The notes under the pieces are model-generated. The model ran no database searches. It was not told the DNA's origin and worked only from the letters and a program-made list of their open reading frames with translations. 64,000 nucleotides of DNA, taken from assembly GCA_965113315.1 (NCBI GenBank), contig OZ220367.1; one strand, 5' to 3'. The position numbers were made by a program, and so were the translations under genes. Positions 37,901-52,700 of this stretch are shown here, in pieces. Each line of letters starts with the position of its first letter. The first letter of the stretch is position 1. Origin of the DNA: Podarcis vaucheri. Taxonomy: Eukaryota.

Positions 37901-40900
37901 GGGACACAATTCAAACTGCAGGGCCACCTTCTTTGTATATTACATCCAGTTCTGCACTTAGTACAGCTTGCTGGCAAAGGAAGGAGAACAGGGGAACAGG
38001 AAAATATGTGTAGCGTTTATCACTTGCAAACACACAACTGTACCCTCTTGTCGTGTCACTGTCAGCTGAGTCAATAATTTGTTACAGCAAGCTTGGCTAT
38101 CTTTGTGTGAGCAGACAGATTGGAGAATGAGTCTTTTTTCCTGCTTTGGTCAAAGGTTTTTGACTTATCAGAACTTGAAACTGTGCGTTAAATAACAAGA
38201 ATGAATTGATAGCCTTCCACCAAAGAAACAGATGTCAGCTGCTACCCGCCCCCCCCAAAAAAAGATACCAAACTTGCTTAACAAACTTAGCTCCATTTTA
38301 CAGGTGGTTCTCAAATATCAGCAAAGGAAATCAATGACATTTCTTTATTATTATTTATATCATAAGATCTCCGGATGATTCACAGAATAAAACACAGGAT
38401 AAAAACAAGTAAATAAGTGAAAACAAAACAGCAAGACAATAACTCCCCCTTCCCACAGACACATTTAAATGGCTGTAGAATATTAATCAGCCAAAGGCCT
38501 AGTTGAAGGGGAACATTTTTGCCTGGCACCTAAAATATATATAATGAAGGAGCCAGGCAAACTTCCCTGGGGAGAGCATTCCACAAATGGGGAGCCATTA
38601 CAGAGAAGGCCCCGTGTTCATGTTGCCACCCTCCAGACTACACATGGAAGGGCCTCAGATGATGGAGGCAGAGTATTGCCATCCTGAGCCGTCATTTCAA
38701 ACATAAAAGTAAGATTTCCAAATAGTATAGAAACATCCCCCCCCCACACACAAGTCAGCAACAAGCATCAGAAAACAGCAATGACTGACTGTAGCGAAGA
38801 ACTTGAGATATAGATGTTACTAAGGAGCAATCACGTGAGCTGAAATACACATGAGACAGGCAACAGCCCACACTTACCCTCTCTAAATGGCAGAATCCCA
38901 CACAGAAGTGGGAACATCTGCAGAGAACATTTAGAGAAGCAAGATGGTGTGATTATATGCCATACCACTTCTGCTTCCACTTGGGAACAGTTGTGGGTTC
39001 CTGGCCACATAGAAGCTGCAAGGGCATATATAAACCAGGCCTAAATCAAGGGGGTGGGGAACTACACCAGTCTGGTTTTTTTTAAGGTTAAAGTCATAAC
39101 ATAACTGGACATAGGTCGTTTGTCTCCCAAACTAAACAGGCATTCTGAACATCATGAACCCCAGTGCACATAGCCTTCTCCAACCTCATATTAATGTTCT
39201 ATCAGTCATGCTTCCTTCATGCTCCACTCCCTTCTACTGTGATGAGTTCCAGACCTCTGAACATATGTTGCCCCAGCTATTGATAATTCATCTGTCCTCA
39301 AGCGAGTTTAAGATCTTAGTAATTCTTCCATAGATCATAAGTTCTGCATTAACATGATGGATTCACTCAACTAGGCATTAAAATGTAATGTATGATGGGG
39401 TTTTCTATAAAAATAAATGGTCATATATTTTGCAAATGTTAGCTGCTCATCTCTGGCAATAAGATGGAGAGAGGGGAAGAGAAGCGTTATATTCTGTTCT
39501 GCAGATTTAAGGAGATTCATCTACTTCTGTTCTAGTACTCAGCTGCTGCTAAAAGAGGTGGGAGAAAATACACTATGTGACTGGTACACAGCATGTGGGC
39601 TGATACATAAAATATGTAGGATTTTCAAAGGGAACATTTCAACATTACCTTAACTATCTTCAAAGGCTGTGGCCTAATCACAAATGCACACTTGTATGAA
39701 TCATGGATCCTGCAGCCACTACCCAAATAGTTGGCTTGACCACCGTAGCCTTGAAGGGAAAAAAACAAAAAACCCTACAGGATTTATTTGCGTATTATCA
39801 GACCCATGCACATTGTCTCTAGTGATTTAATTGACAGGTAGGGCACTTCCAAATGGCTGCTGTTTTTAGGTGGTATTCATTAGCATACTGGCACATTCAA
39901 GTTGCACAGTTAAAGCTGGTATGGAGATTTTGTGTGACAAAATTGCTTTCCACAAGATTGGACTTTTTGCAATAAGGAGAATGATGGAGAAATAAATATT
40001 GGAAAGTGTGGGATAAAACTTGCTTGATGCAAAGTCATCTAACCTCTTCACAAACAAATCAGGATGAATTCTGAATAAGCAAGTCATCTGTAAGGGGTCT
40101 TAGATAAGGTTGCCATATTTAAAAAGGTGAAAATCCGGAGACAAAAGTTGTTGAGCTTTCAGCTACTTCACTGCCCGGATGTATGGCAACCCTACCTTAG
40201 ATATTACCTCTCAAACAAGAAGACGAGGTGATGCTGAGGCAAGGCAGTTAGACATGATCTACTGCTTGCCACACTATGTATTTTCATGCATATTTTTCTT
40301 GGACAGCTAGGATTTTCCCACTGTAGTCCAAAGGCAAAAATATGAAAACAGAAACTTCTTGCATACAATAATTATATTAAAGTCTTTGCACAATAAATTC
40401 AGTTATCTTCTGCTTTCTGGCACTACAACAACTTTGAGAGAATGAATCACAGGCAGTAAAAATAAAATTTCCCTTGGTGGTCTTGTGGCTTTGACCATAG
40501 GACAAGCAGGGAGAGAGAGAAATCCTCATTCACTGACAGATGGAGAGTCAAGGGAAGCATAGAGGATGAGGGGTCTGGAGAATGGAGAGCATTTGACCTT
40601 GTCAAGCAATGGTACTGGTACACAGTGCTAGGCAATTTGGTAGAGATTGTTCACGAATTATACATGTCTACTGTACTGTTGGCAAGCTGTGCTATGTACC
40701 GGTATGTTGTCTGTACGATGAAATGTTCAGATTAAACTCAGAGTTGAGGGTGTATGCCAGATCCTTCCAGCCTAAGTCTGCAATTCTAAGCCCATTTATA
40801 AACCTCATTGAATTCAATTGGACTTCTGAGTAGACCAGGTTAAACTGCATTGGTATTAACTACATGGGAAGTTACTTGGGAGGGAAGGGATTACTCTGGG

Positions 40901-41361
40901 AATCCTATGCCTGCTTAGAATTAAGTTCCATTGATTCTTAACATTTTCACAAAGATCCCAGGAACAAAGATCCATATTCCTCTTAGAAGGAAGTCCATAC
41001 TCCTTACTCTAACTCTGTGCAGACTAAGAGGGAACTGTAAACACATATTGTTACACAGAACAAAGACTGCAACTCTAAACTAGAAGTTTTGTCTTACTTA
41101 CATCAAGCTTGGTTCACACATGCATGGTTACTATGTGATGGCTGACACATGTAAGGGCTTGCATGTGGAAGTGGAGTGATCTAACACTACAGACAGAAGC
41201 AGAAAATTATTTACATTTGCAGGCCTCCTCAGGCGTTAAAAATGTGTACAATGAAATGAAGGGGCCAATCATGCAAGAGGGTCTAATGAAACACACAGGT
41301 TATGGCAGTGCCACTACTATTGTGCAGTCATTGTACCTGCTTTGAACACCTTGTAGTTGTT

Positions 41362-41396
<35 letters not shown>

Positions 41397-43737
41397 TTAT
41401 TATATCACCTTTTGCCCAGACCAGGACTCAAATCTTACATGGCCTGCAAACCAAGAAAAATCATACCATCTGTAGAAAAATGTAGTTATCTGCGTATGTA
41501 AATACGTGATGTAGTCTATTTTGGCTGGTGGTTGTCAAAATGATACCAGTTATCTAATGATTAGATTCTAACCCTGAGAAGAAGACATTCACATTCCTTT
41601 TTTTATTCTTTTCCTTGTCTTCCCAACACAGAGGACATATATCTTTACCTTCCTACTGAGTTCCAGAGTCTTCATTCACCCCCATGAACTCCTAGCTAAA
41701 GTGGGGCAAATCTGCCTTAAACAGAAGCAGCAACTGGAGACTGGAGTCGACGCAGACAAGGTATGTGGAATTCAAAGCTTCTCACTGGTTTAGATGCAAT
41801 GTATTTTTCTTCTTCTCTCCCTGAAATCTCTACATCCTCTTGTCAAACAGGTTCTTCCAACTAACAGATACAATCTCCTAGTCACCAGCTGTACCCTTTT
41901 GCTAACCTATTCATTTTTGCACGTGCTGTATATACTCAGTAATACGAACTTTACTGCCAGTTGTACTTACTGGAACTGGCACAGTGTTATTGCTGTGGGT
42001 AGGAGAACTGAATCTCATAGCTGTTTTCGTGCGCTGAGCAACCGCGTTGGCTGTTTTGCACAGCAATGCTGCCAGGGTAATTGCATTTACATCGTGATAA
42101 GCACGGCTGTGTGAGTCTTCCTTGAAACAAACACCTGTAAATTTCACCTTAGCAGCCATTACTGAACGTACCTAGCATCATCTGAGTCAAATGTTAAAAC
42201 AAACAAAACATTATCTGTGTGAGACTTTACAGAGACAGCCTCATGTGCAAGGTGCCTACGACTGCAGCATTCTCAGGCAATAGATTCTGGGCGTGCTAAT
42301 GCTACATGTGTAGGAAACACACTGCAACAGCCATTAATTTATCTTATGTCAGACTGTTGCTAAAGATCAGGAGTGGGACCTGTTAGAAAAATGGACAGGG
42401 GGTGGGAGAGTTGGATAGCTCAGTCAGTAGAGCATGAGACTCTTAATCTCAGGCTCGTGAGTTCGAGCCCCACATTGGGCAGAATATTCCCGTATTGCAG
42501 TGGATTAGACTACACGAACCTTCGTGGTCCCTTCCAACTCTACAATTCTCTGATTCTATGAACTAGCATTGATTCTACCTATTATAACTCCCGGTTCCAC
42601 TTACCATTCACTGTCCTGCCTCGCCCCTCACCAAGCCCATTGGGCACCACTGTCCCTAAACAAATAAGTTGCTTTAACAAGCCCAGCATACATATACATT
42701 GGGACTGATCCTCATTAAACCATGTATAATGAATCAGTCCCTTGCTTTCTCCATGCTTCTGGGCATCCCCACCAGAAGAGAATGGCTGAGGATAGAAGAG
42801 TAACGCACTGGAGTCTAGACTCTAGGAGTCCTATCTCCTCTGTCCTTTCAAAAGCTTGCAAATATTTATTTTCAGGACAATATTTGAAGTCTTTCTTATG
42901 TCACACTGTCATATTCTAGAGACATTAACTCTTACATAGTAAGAGGAAATGGTTATGTATCAAGATTCTGGTTTCCTCTTCTCAAATGTTGGAGGAGACG
43001 GCATTGTTTATTGCGTCTGTTGAGCTTTCTTCAGCAGAACAGTTCTTGTTTTAATTTTGTCCGTGATCTGCTAAGGAATCGTGAGTTCTGAAAAGTCATA
43101 GTGCTGCCAGTCAAAGCTTACTACTGTGCAAAATAGATGAAACACACAGAGCTCTGATGCACTGTGATAAGGTACCTGTATAAACAAACTATTAAATCAA
43201 ATACCAGTTGGGTGGCGTGTGAGCAGAAACCCTGGCAAGAAGCCAGGCTTTGTGGTTATGTGCTTATACTTATCATTCCTTTATTAATGACATCACCAGC
43301 CACTAGCAAAATCTCACAGAAAATGTTCCAAGACACAAGCTGACAGATTAAACACAAACTTTAGCCCTGCTCAGATCCACTTGGGAGGCTTTTGCTGCTT
43401 TATTTGACAAGGGAGAGGGTCTCGGTGTTTTAAAATACCACGTTTTCATAAATATGTCAGAGGGTTGTTAACCCTGCCAAAAAGTAGCAAGTTAACTTTA
43501 TAAGGCTATATAATAGGGACAAGGGGGGAAATCAGATATTGCCCTCCTTAGGGAACTGCCAGAATGTAATTTGTAGCTAGAATCCAGAAAATTGCTGAAA
43601 AGGTAGAACTATTTAGGACCTGCATGCATGATAGCTATCAACACTGCCCCCCCCCCCACAGTAAATCAAAGGAGTGCTGTTTCATTTCTTTAAGTTTTCC
43701 ACTGCCCAAATTTTCCACTGGATATGTGTCAAAAATG

Positions 43738-43771
<34 letters not shown>

Positions 43772-46700
43772 AACCCACTCTCTTCTCTTTGAACAGCTCA
43801 GTTTGATTTATTGCAGTGTTTCTCGAACTTGGGTCTCCAGCTGTTTATAAACCACAGTTCCCATCATCACTGATCACTGTGGTCCTGCTGGCTAGGGATG
43901 ACAGGAGTTCTAGTCCAAAAACTAACAAGCATCTCAACTGGAGGTGGGGAGGACTGATACTTTCCCAGAAGAACTAATTGCCTAAAATGGGGGGAGGGGA
44001 GCCTGTGACCTTTTAGATCCCATCTACAGCTGCCATCACCCCTGGCCATTATGGGCCCTGCTGGTTGGAGATGATGGGAGATGAGAGTCCAGCAATGTCT
44101 GGAAGTCCACATGTTCCCCTACCCTAAACGCTTCACTGTATCTTGAATTTCTCCACCCTGTTTGTGGGGAGAGGAATTGGGGGGACCATTTTGCCAGATT
44201 TCTTTCAGGAGGAGTTCTCCAACTGTTCTTGCGGGTGTGGCTCATCATTAGCACAGCTTCTTTGTCTCTTCCCCCCTGAATATTTTTTGTTGCTGATGCT
44301 GCAGATGCTGCAACTGTGCTGGCAGCTTGGCCATCAATTTGCATCCCACCCAAAGCCCAGCGCAGCTCGAGGGCGGTTGGAGGGGGAAATGGTGGTCACC
44401 ATGATAGATGGCAGAGAATTCTGCAAAATGGATTGGGGGGGGCAGAGAAAGATCTTGACCATCTTCTTAGAAAAAAATGTGTATTCTGAGAAATTTTGGC
44501 TCAGTTCTAGTTTTCGTTCAATCCTCAAGTGCACAGTAATCAAGCACAGTGAAATTAAAGGATATATATTCACATGTGAACCTGGTCTTTGGAATTTTAG
44601 AAGTTAGGCAGGGAGGGTGATTGGCCATTATCCTGCTACCAACCCTTCAGAGACTGCTGCTTAAGTCCTCTGTTTCTCCTTCCACACATCACTCTTTCCT
44701 TGTTAACCTTGGGGACAAATGTTAAAACACAGAGTCTAGCCCAGGAACTGCCAGTTTCCATTTTCTGCCCTAGACGCTGCATCTGCTGGGTGGTAGAACC
44801 GTTGTTCCTTGCAGTTCTTAAATGACCCTTTTCTAGAATTCCTATGTAATCTGTTTAGACATTAATATCGCAAGCAAGTGGCTGAGTCTCCAGCAGATTG
44901 TCTTTGGTGAGTTGTTAAGAATCAATAAAGAGCTGCTAGGTTATTTTTCTTAAAGAACAAAAAAAAAAAAAAAAACAAAGCCTGAAATACTGGAGCCTAA
45001 GGATCACTTTCTTTATGTTAAGCAATCGTAAGGCATTTTCTTCTTTCTCCGAAAAGGGAACCTGTCTGCTTGACATCCCCTAGAGCTCTGTAAATTCCCA
45101 GGCAAGGGTGGAAATCATGGAAGGAATAACCCTTCCCTTGCTTGCTTGAAGTGGCTGTGGGTGGGGAGAAACTTGAAGCAACTGGCTGGAATGACAAACA
45201 AAGGAAATGGTTGCTCCCCCAAACTTTGCTGAGAGCATTATTTCTGCTCCTTCTCACAGCAAAACTTAAATCATTTTCTCTCGCTGAGAACTTTAATTAA
45301 ATGTCATTAGCTAATAAACCCAAGCACAGTGAAGAAAAGGTACAACAACAGAGCTATTAGGAGAAATGAATAAGATGACCTGTGACCAACGAGTATTTAG
45401 GAAGTCCCCACCCTCCAAAGCCTGGATGAAGCTCAAATGACTCAGTAATGAAGGAAATCTAAATTTCCATCTCCCTCCAAAAAAGGCTGCATTGGAATTT
45501 GCTGATACTAGACTCCAACCAATATGTAATGAAACTAGAAGAATGATCTTGCCTCGTGACACCTGATTACAACGTAGAAAGATGTACATGTTCCTTGTAC
45601 AGTGGTACCTCAGGTTAAATACGCTTCAGGTTACATACGCTTCAGGTTACAGACTCCGCTAACCCAGAAATAGTGCTTCAGGTTAAGAACTTTGTTTCAG
45701 GATGAGAACAGAAATCGTGCTCCAGCGGTGTGGCAGCAGCAGGAGGCCCCATTAGCTAAAGTGGTGCTTCAGGTTAAGAACAGTTTCAGGTTAAGAACGG
45801 ACCTCTGGAATGAATTAAGTACTTAATCCGAGGTACCACTGTATAGTAAATGCACTGGATTTTGGGAAGTGCTGGAAATGACACTTGGTCCAATTCAAGG
45901 TGCCCAATGGCCATTTGCTGCAGGAATCACCACCTATCTTAAATATTTACATTGGATTTAGGAAGGAGTTAGACCATTGATCTATGCGGCTCAGTAACTG
46001 GCAGCAGCACTCCAAGGTCTTAGGCAGAAGTCTTTCATAAGCCCTACCTGGAGATACCAGGTTGAACCCAAGATCTTTTACATGTCACGAATATGTCCTG
46101 CCACTGACCTAGGTGCCTTCCCACTTTGCAAGCTTGTTCAAAGGGCTGGCTTTGATTTTCAGAACCCCAAAAGCCCTGGGCCCTCAGTATCTGAAGGGGC
46201 ACGTCAGCACTTTATTCCTTCATATTCATTATGATATTCAGAAGCAGCTCTGCTTAGGGCAATGTTTGCAAACCTGGAGTCCTTTCTCGTTGTAACTCTC
46301 CCTGAGAAACCCACCTGGCAAAACCTTCTTTTGTTTTTTGTTTTTTTTAAAATAAAAAAACAGCTTTTGAGCTGCCAGAGAAGACAGTGCCTTTCCTTCA
46401 CCCTGCCTGCTTGTCTGTGTGTGTTTGTGGGGCGGTTTACTATGCATTTTAAATATCAGGCATCAAATTGGCATGAAACCACATTTATTTTTATGTTGAT
46501 ATTTTGTAAGCTGCTATGAGGACTTGCAGCGCTGCGGGACGCATAAATAAATGCCACAATCCAGTCACAGTTAAAAGCGCTTTCGCTTCCTGTTGTTTTT
46601 AACGAGGAAGCTAAGCATACGCTTAAATCAACGTGCTTAACTTTGACTGGCTAATGTCTAAAACAAAATAAACCCAAGGGATGCATTGTCTGTATGGAAG

Positions 46701-49700
46701 AAGCTGGAGACAGAGCTTTCTGACAAAATGTGCTTTAAAGCCGTAGAGCAAGCCGCTAAAACTTTGCATCAAAGGTATCCCTTAATTTTTCCTTTCTTTT
46801 ATGGCTGTTGTGTATGCACTTGAGACAGCTGAAAGAACCAAACTGCACCCCCCCCCAACACACACCACACTGATGCAAAGCCTTGAGGATGCTGAGCTAA
46901 GCATTAGACACACCTGCTCTCTCCTTTTAATGCTCTCTATTGGAAGAAAGACAGAAAGGGATTTGTAAGACCAGCTGAGACTTTAGCCTAACACAACTTA
47001 TTTTTCCTTTTGTTTTCATATGCCACTGTTAATGATTCAAAGATCTGGCACTTGGGGTGCCATCTGGTTACCCAGAAGTCACCGTCAAGGAAAGTCTCCT
47101 TGGCTCATTGATTAACCACTCTGCATTCTTTCCTAGGCAAAGCTTAAGTCCTTTGCTGCCAAGATCATTCAGCTCCTGAAAGAATGGACTGAAACATTCC
47201 CCTATGACTTCCAGGATGAGAAATCTATGAAAGAGCTGAAGGAAATTGCTCACAGGATCACACAGTGTGATGAGGTAAGGGGAGGAACACACACACATGC
47301 AGGTGGAACAGATACCACTACCACCCGTCCCAACCTATAATTTGTCTTGACAGGTTGCAAATATTTGCTAGATGCGTTGAGGCACCACAACTGCTGACCA
47401 TGACTTGCCTAAATGGTATTAACAAGAGCAGAGGAGTTGGCCCTTTCTGCCTTTTCAGGGACCTCTTACTCCTCAAATTTTATGTACAGCTGACCACACC
47501 ACCACTATTGAGTAACTCACGGTACTTGCTACCATTGCAACTCCCTTATGGGACCGGTCTTAATGTAATCCTAGCAATGAGAGAGCCCAAACCCCCATAT
47601 ATGTGTTTCACTTGCTCCCCCTAATCTCAAGTGGTGAAGGCAAGAGCCCAGAAAGGCCACTGGGATTGGGGGAGAGGGAGGTATCAATTGGTAGGGGGCA
47701 TGGGGCGGTGGGGGCAGCCCGTCCCACATGTTATTCCAGGGGGGTAACAAAAAAAACCCAGTAGATCGTTGCCGCACCAATTGGCCCCCCGGGTGGATCA
47801 CCGTCACGCCGATCAGCCCCCTGGGTGGATTGCCACCATGCCATTCGGCCCCCCTGGGCGAATCAACCCACCCCCGGTTGCACGGCATATGCGCCTCTCC
47901 GGGTGCCCGAGCGACTAGCTCCGCCACTGCTTAGGGAGGCCCTGAGGTTTGCAGAAGAGCAAAATGTTGTGTTTTTTTAAAGTAAAACAAAAACAGGTCT
48001 AAGTGGGTAGCCCTCTGCTACATCAGAAAATACAGCTAAATGAAAACTGAGTGCACTCAGTAGCCAGGGACACTAAGAATCAATTGGAATAGAAAAACAA
48101 CAGTTGGAAGAGAGTGGAATGTCATGTCTAGAAGGAACGGCTGCCTAGAACCCTGGACAGAAGCACTCCTTCTAGGGAGGGAGGGTACACTGCAACATTT
48201 TCTTGCAGGCTCCATTTGTGTGGCATACTATTGGATAGTGCTTGGATGTTCGCCATATTCCTGTAAGGCAACTGGCCTATTATTTTTTCTTACTGCTGGT
48301 GTGATGTCAACATATTCCTTTAGAATTTCCATATCTCACTGTAAAATTGGAAGGGGCTTTTCAGGTAGGTTGGCGGCCATCTGTCACGGATGCTTTAGCT
48401 GAGTTTCCTGCCTTGCAGAGGGTTGGACTAGATGACCCTTGGGGTCCCTTCCAGCTCTACAGTTCTGATTCTATATGAATTGCCTGTGCATCAAGGCACA
48501 GCCTACCAAGTGGTGCCAAGGTACAAAATTCACACATGGCCTTGTGATTAAAAACTGCCTATTGTACCTTATTTTATGTTGATAAATCAAATACATTCTG
48601 AAAGCACACAGGTAGGAGGGGATAAAAGGCTCTAACTAGATCCTTACAGCATAATCCTAAAGTTGTTTACTCCAAAGTCTAGCTGAGTTCAGTGGTATTT
48701 GCTTCCTGAGTCTATGTCTGGTTAGGCATGTTGCCTAAGTACTATAAAGGGTAGAGCGAGAAGAATGCTGTCTTTTTGAAATGACTGTTCCAAATATATA
48801 TTTGAGATTGGCCCCAGAGGTTTAAGAGTGACAGGCATGTGTCTGTTTAAAATGTTAATGGCCAAAAAGACTAGAGTGGTGCAACAGCTTTGGCAGCAAT
48901 GCATGATGATTGGAGGTGATGCTTTGATATTAAAGGTGTTGTCAAGAGTAGCATGACAAGTTTCAGGATGTCAGCAATGTTGTTTACCTGCATTTTATTA
49001 AGCTGTCACAACCTGAAGTCAAGAGGAAATGATTAAGGCTATGTGCTGGGTTTTTAAACGGTGTGTGCACAAACACTCGTACAATCTTACACTAAAGGAA
49101 AACAATTATATTTGTTTTATGTTCAGTTTTCATTAACTGGGTCATTTTTAAAATTGGAGGAAACACTCCTGTCTCCTCCTTGTCTCCCATTCATCAGCGA
49201 GGCTATACCTGAATCAAGAATAATAAGTTGTAAAAATAATTCATCTTGGTAAAGGCCTATGCTTCTCAGGCTGTAAAACATGCCTACAAATATCCAACAA
49301 GATCAACAATAGCATGCGAGCCAATAAAATGGGGACAGGGAGAGTTGTGTATATGTGTTTGCATACCTATGCAAAAGAACAATAAACTGCTATAAGGCCA
49401 CCTGCTTATGATGTACAATTTCTGTACATGTCTACTCAAAAGTAAGCCCCACTGCCTTCAGTGTGATTTACACTCACGTAAATGTACCTAAGGGACGCGG
49501 GTGGCGCTGTGGGTTAAACCACAGAGCCTAGGATTTGCCTGTTCAAATCCCCGCGACGGGGTGAGCTCCCTTTGCTCGGTCCCTGCTCCTGCCAACCTAG
49601 CAGTTCGAAAGCATGTCAAAGTGCAAGTAGATAAATAGGTACCACACTGGCGGGAAGGTAAACGGCATTTCCATGCACCGTTCTGGTTCGCCAGAAGCGG

Positions 49701-52700
49701 CTTAGTCATGCTGGCCACATGACCTGGAAGCTGTACGCCAGCTCCCTCGGCCAATAAAGCGAGATGAGCACCGCAACCCCAGAGTCGGCCACGACTGGGC
49801 CTAGTGGTCAGGGGTCCCTTTACCTTTACCTTTAAGTGTACCTAGGATATCAGCCTGATCTAGACATATGTCTTTTCAATTGAGAGCCATGTGCAATCCT
49901 TCACATTTAAGTGGTAATAATGTGGGAACATCAAATCACCATTTGAAAAATCAGATCTTGCTGATCTGAAGATTGCATACTCACTCTTGTCAATATGTCC
50001 CCAAAATGCAATATCTGAAGTATCTGTGGAAACAAAGGGGAGGTTGGTGCATGCCAGAGGCGCCAAGCTCTGCCCGACTTTGGGGAGGAGGCCCTTTGCG
50101 TGTGCATGACATCACACATGTGACACTCTGCCAGGAGGCCCAGTGAAATTAACCTCTGCTGTAGGTTTAGGCTAGCCAAGGTAACTCTCTCAGCCCATGT
50201 TTCTGATGTCTAGGGCATCCTAGGGACATGGTTCTACTTGTCAGACTTTTGTGCTTATATTCATATGCTGTGGTAACATAGCAGTCAGGTAACAGCCATA
50301 AAATAAACATGCTGACATTGGCAATGTCGCTTGCCGTGGAGACTCAAGGATGACACAGACAGGTTGCTTTTGCTGCCTGAGTAAGCAAAGATGCAAGACA
50401 TACCAAGGATTTCAGACATGAGCAGGGCCCAAGTGTATTGCGTAGGCAGTTCTTTAAAGTCTCGGTGCAGTAAGGAATACTAAAGGAAGATCAAGCAGCC
50501 TACATGCCTATGCAAGCAGGATGACAACATTTATCAAGGTTCATGGCCATGTGCTTGAGGTCACAATTGAGCAACAAGCCAAATTAACACAGACGTCAGC
50601 AAGGAGAGTTTATGCAGACTCAGTCAGTTGTGGCAACATTGTCCTTGCTTATATATGTAACTAGAGCTTGTGTCTAAGGTGAGAGGTTATTGTTCCTCTT
50701 CCGCAGGACTCTAGCAAGGCTATACATTACACAGATAACATGGAAAGCAGCCTGAATATTCTTGACTAGATGCCTCTATCAAGGAAAGGTGGAGCATCTT
50801 AATATACTCACTTCCCCTCATTTTCTCCTGCATTCCTGATGTTGCAGCTGATGTTGAACTGTGCTTTGGGCTAAGAGTCACTGAGCTGGTTCTTTCCTTG
50901 ATTGTTAGCTCCCATGTGATTTGAAACAAAACCGTCCAACTGTTAACTGAACTAGAATCATAGAGTTGTATAGTTAGAATCCTGAGGCTCATGTAGTCCA
51001 ACTCCTTGCAGTGCAGGAATATGCAGCTCTCCCATGTAGGGATCAAACCTGCAACCTTGGCATTATCAGCACCACACTCTACCCAACTGAGCTATCCTAG
51101 GCTAACTAACTGCTGGCTGGCTGGCTGCCTAAGACAATAAACTGTAAGCTGTTCTAGTAGTTCTATATGACTAGAATGGATTGGCAGTTGTAGCTTCCAT
51201 TCAGGGGCATTGTTGACTCAAGTCATTTAAATACTTAGCATCCTCCCTGTTTTGGCTGGTATCTCAAATCACCTGGCAATCCTACACAAATCAGAATGAT
51301 GATGCAATTCATCTGCAAAAAGCTCTCCAATCCTCCTGAGGGCTTATTCAGCACATGAACTGACTTGATACTGAATTCTAGTATCCCAGTCAGAAATCTT
51401 TCCAGCGTAATTCTGATTAACAAAGAGGCAATCTAGAATTTCCTCAGCCAGGAATAATTAACAACAGTCTGTTTTATTGATTAGGAAAATGGAACTGTGA
51501 AGAAGATCATCAGCCAGATGACGCAGAATCTACTGATGACTCTTGCGGCACGCAATCAGTACCAGGAGATCAGAGAGAAGTTCCGCCAACCCGTGACTGA
51601 CAAAGGCACAATCCTTAAAACAAAGCCTCAGTCGTCACAGAAGGACATACTGAGTGTTTGCTGTGACCCACTTGTCCTTGCGCAGCAACTCACACACATT
51701 GAGCTGGTGAGTTCCTTTATCTTCCATCTACTTGAAGGTTTAGCAGGGCCAGGGCAAGCTGTTCTCCAGCCGAGCTCTGAGTTACAGCTTGAAGGTTTGA
51801 GAAAAGTGGCTTCTAGATATAAGAGAGACCGAAGGAAGAAGGGAGCCTGGCAGTTACAGAGACAATGAACTCACTTGAGCTGGAGAGAGAAAAGACCACT
51901 TGCGACTGATCACTTTCTCACTCCTGCAACCTCTTTTAGGAGATTCATTGCATTATCAAACTCTTGTTCCTGACTTGGAATATCTCAAGGGGGAAAAGGG
52001 AGGGGGAAGAGGAGTCACAGTCAACGTCAGAAGCTCACTGTCTTCTAAATCATTCTAATGAGTACTTCAGCCATACATGCTACCAGGACTGGTTTCAAAT
52101 GTCATCTCAGAGCAAGGCTAACACACCCAGAGACTAGGAGAGACAAATGAAAGCAGAAATCTTTCCCAAGGACCACCTCTCTTAAAGGTCCAACCACATA
52201 TCTGCATTACTGTCCCCTGGTTCCCCGACCTGGAGTAAGGGATGCCAAATATTAACCTGGAAGCTCTGCTGCTGAATATGCAGCTGTGAAACCACCTGCC
52301 CCACTACATCAATGGTTATTTTGCCCACCCATCACTCCTCTCTGCTGTGCTGGGCGGCTAGAATCTGATCTGGCCCGACAGGGCTGTCTGGCTGTCACAG
52401 CTCTCTGTTCCTCATATGTGTGCTTGCAAAATTGACGGCCTTTGCTATCTTGCTGTATCTAGGAGAGGGTGAGCAACATTTACCCCGAGGACCTCATGCA
52501 AATAGTCAGCCACGTGGACTCCCTGGATAATCACAAGGTGTGTACAAAGTGTGAACACAGTGGCAGTTTGAAACAGGGCTACAGGTAACATTGTGTGCAT
52601 GGCTTATACAGGTGTTTAAAATTAAAGGCAAACTTATCTTGTTTCTGTAACAGTTTAAGTGCTATAATTCCCCCCAAAGAATCTTGAGCATTTTAGCTTG

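Noticed and set aside
42408-42480. tRNA-Lys gene (and tRNA-Ile-like sequences at 31640-31709 and 51030-51100)
   Set aside because: The stems are mismatched and each is fused to a CR1-type tail, so they are SINE heads rather than functional tRNAs.
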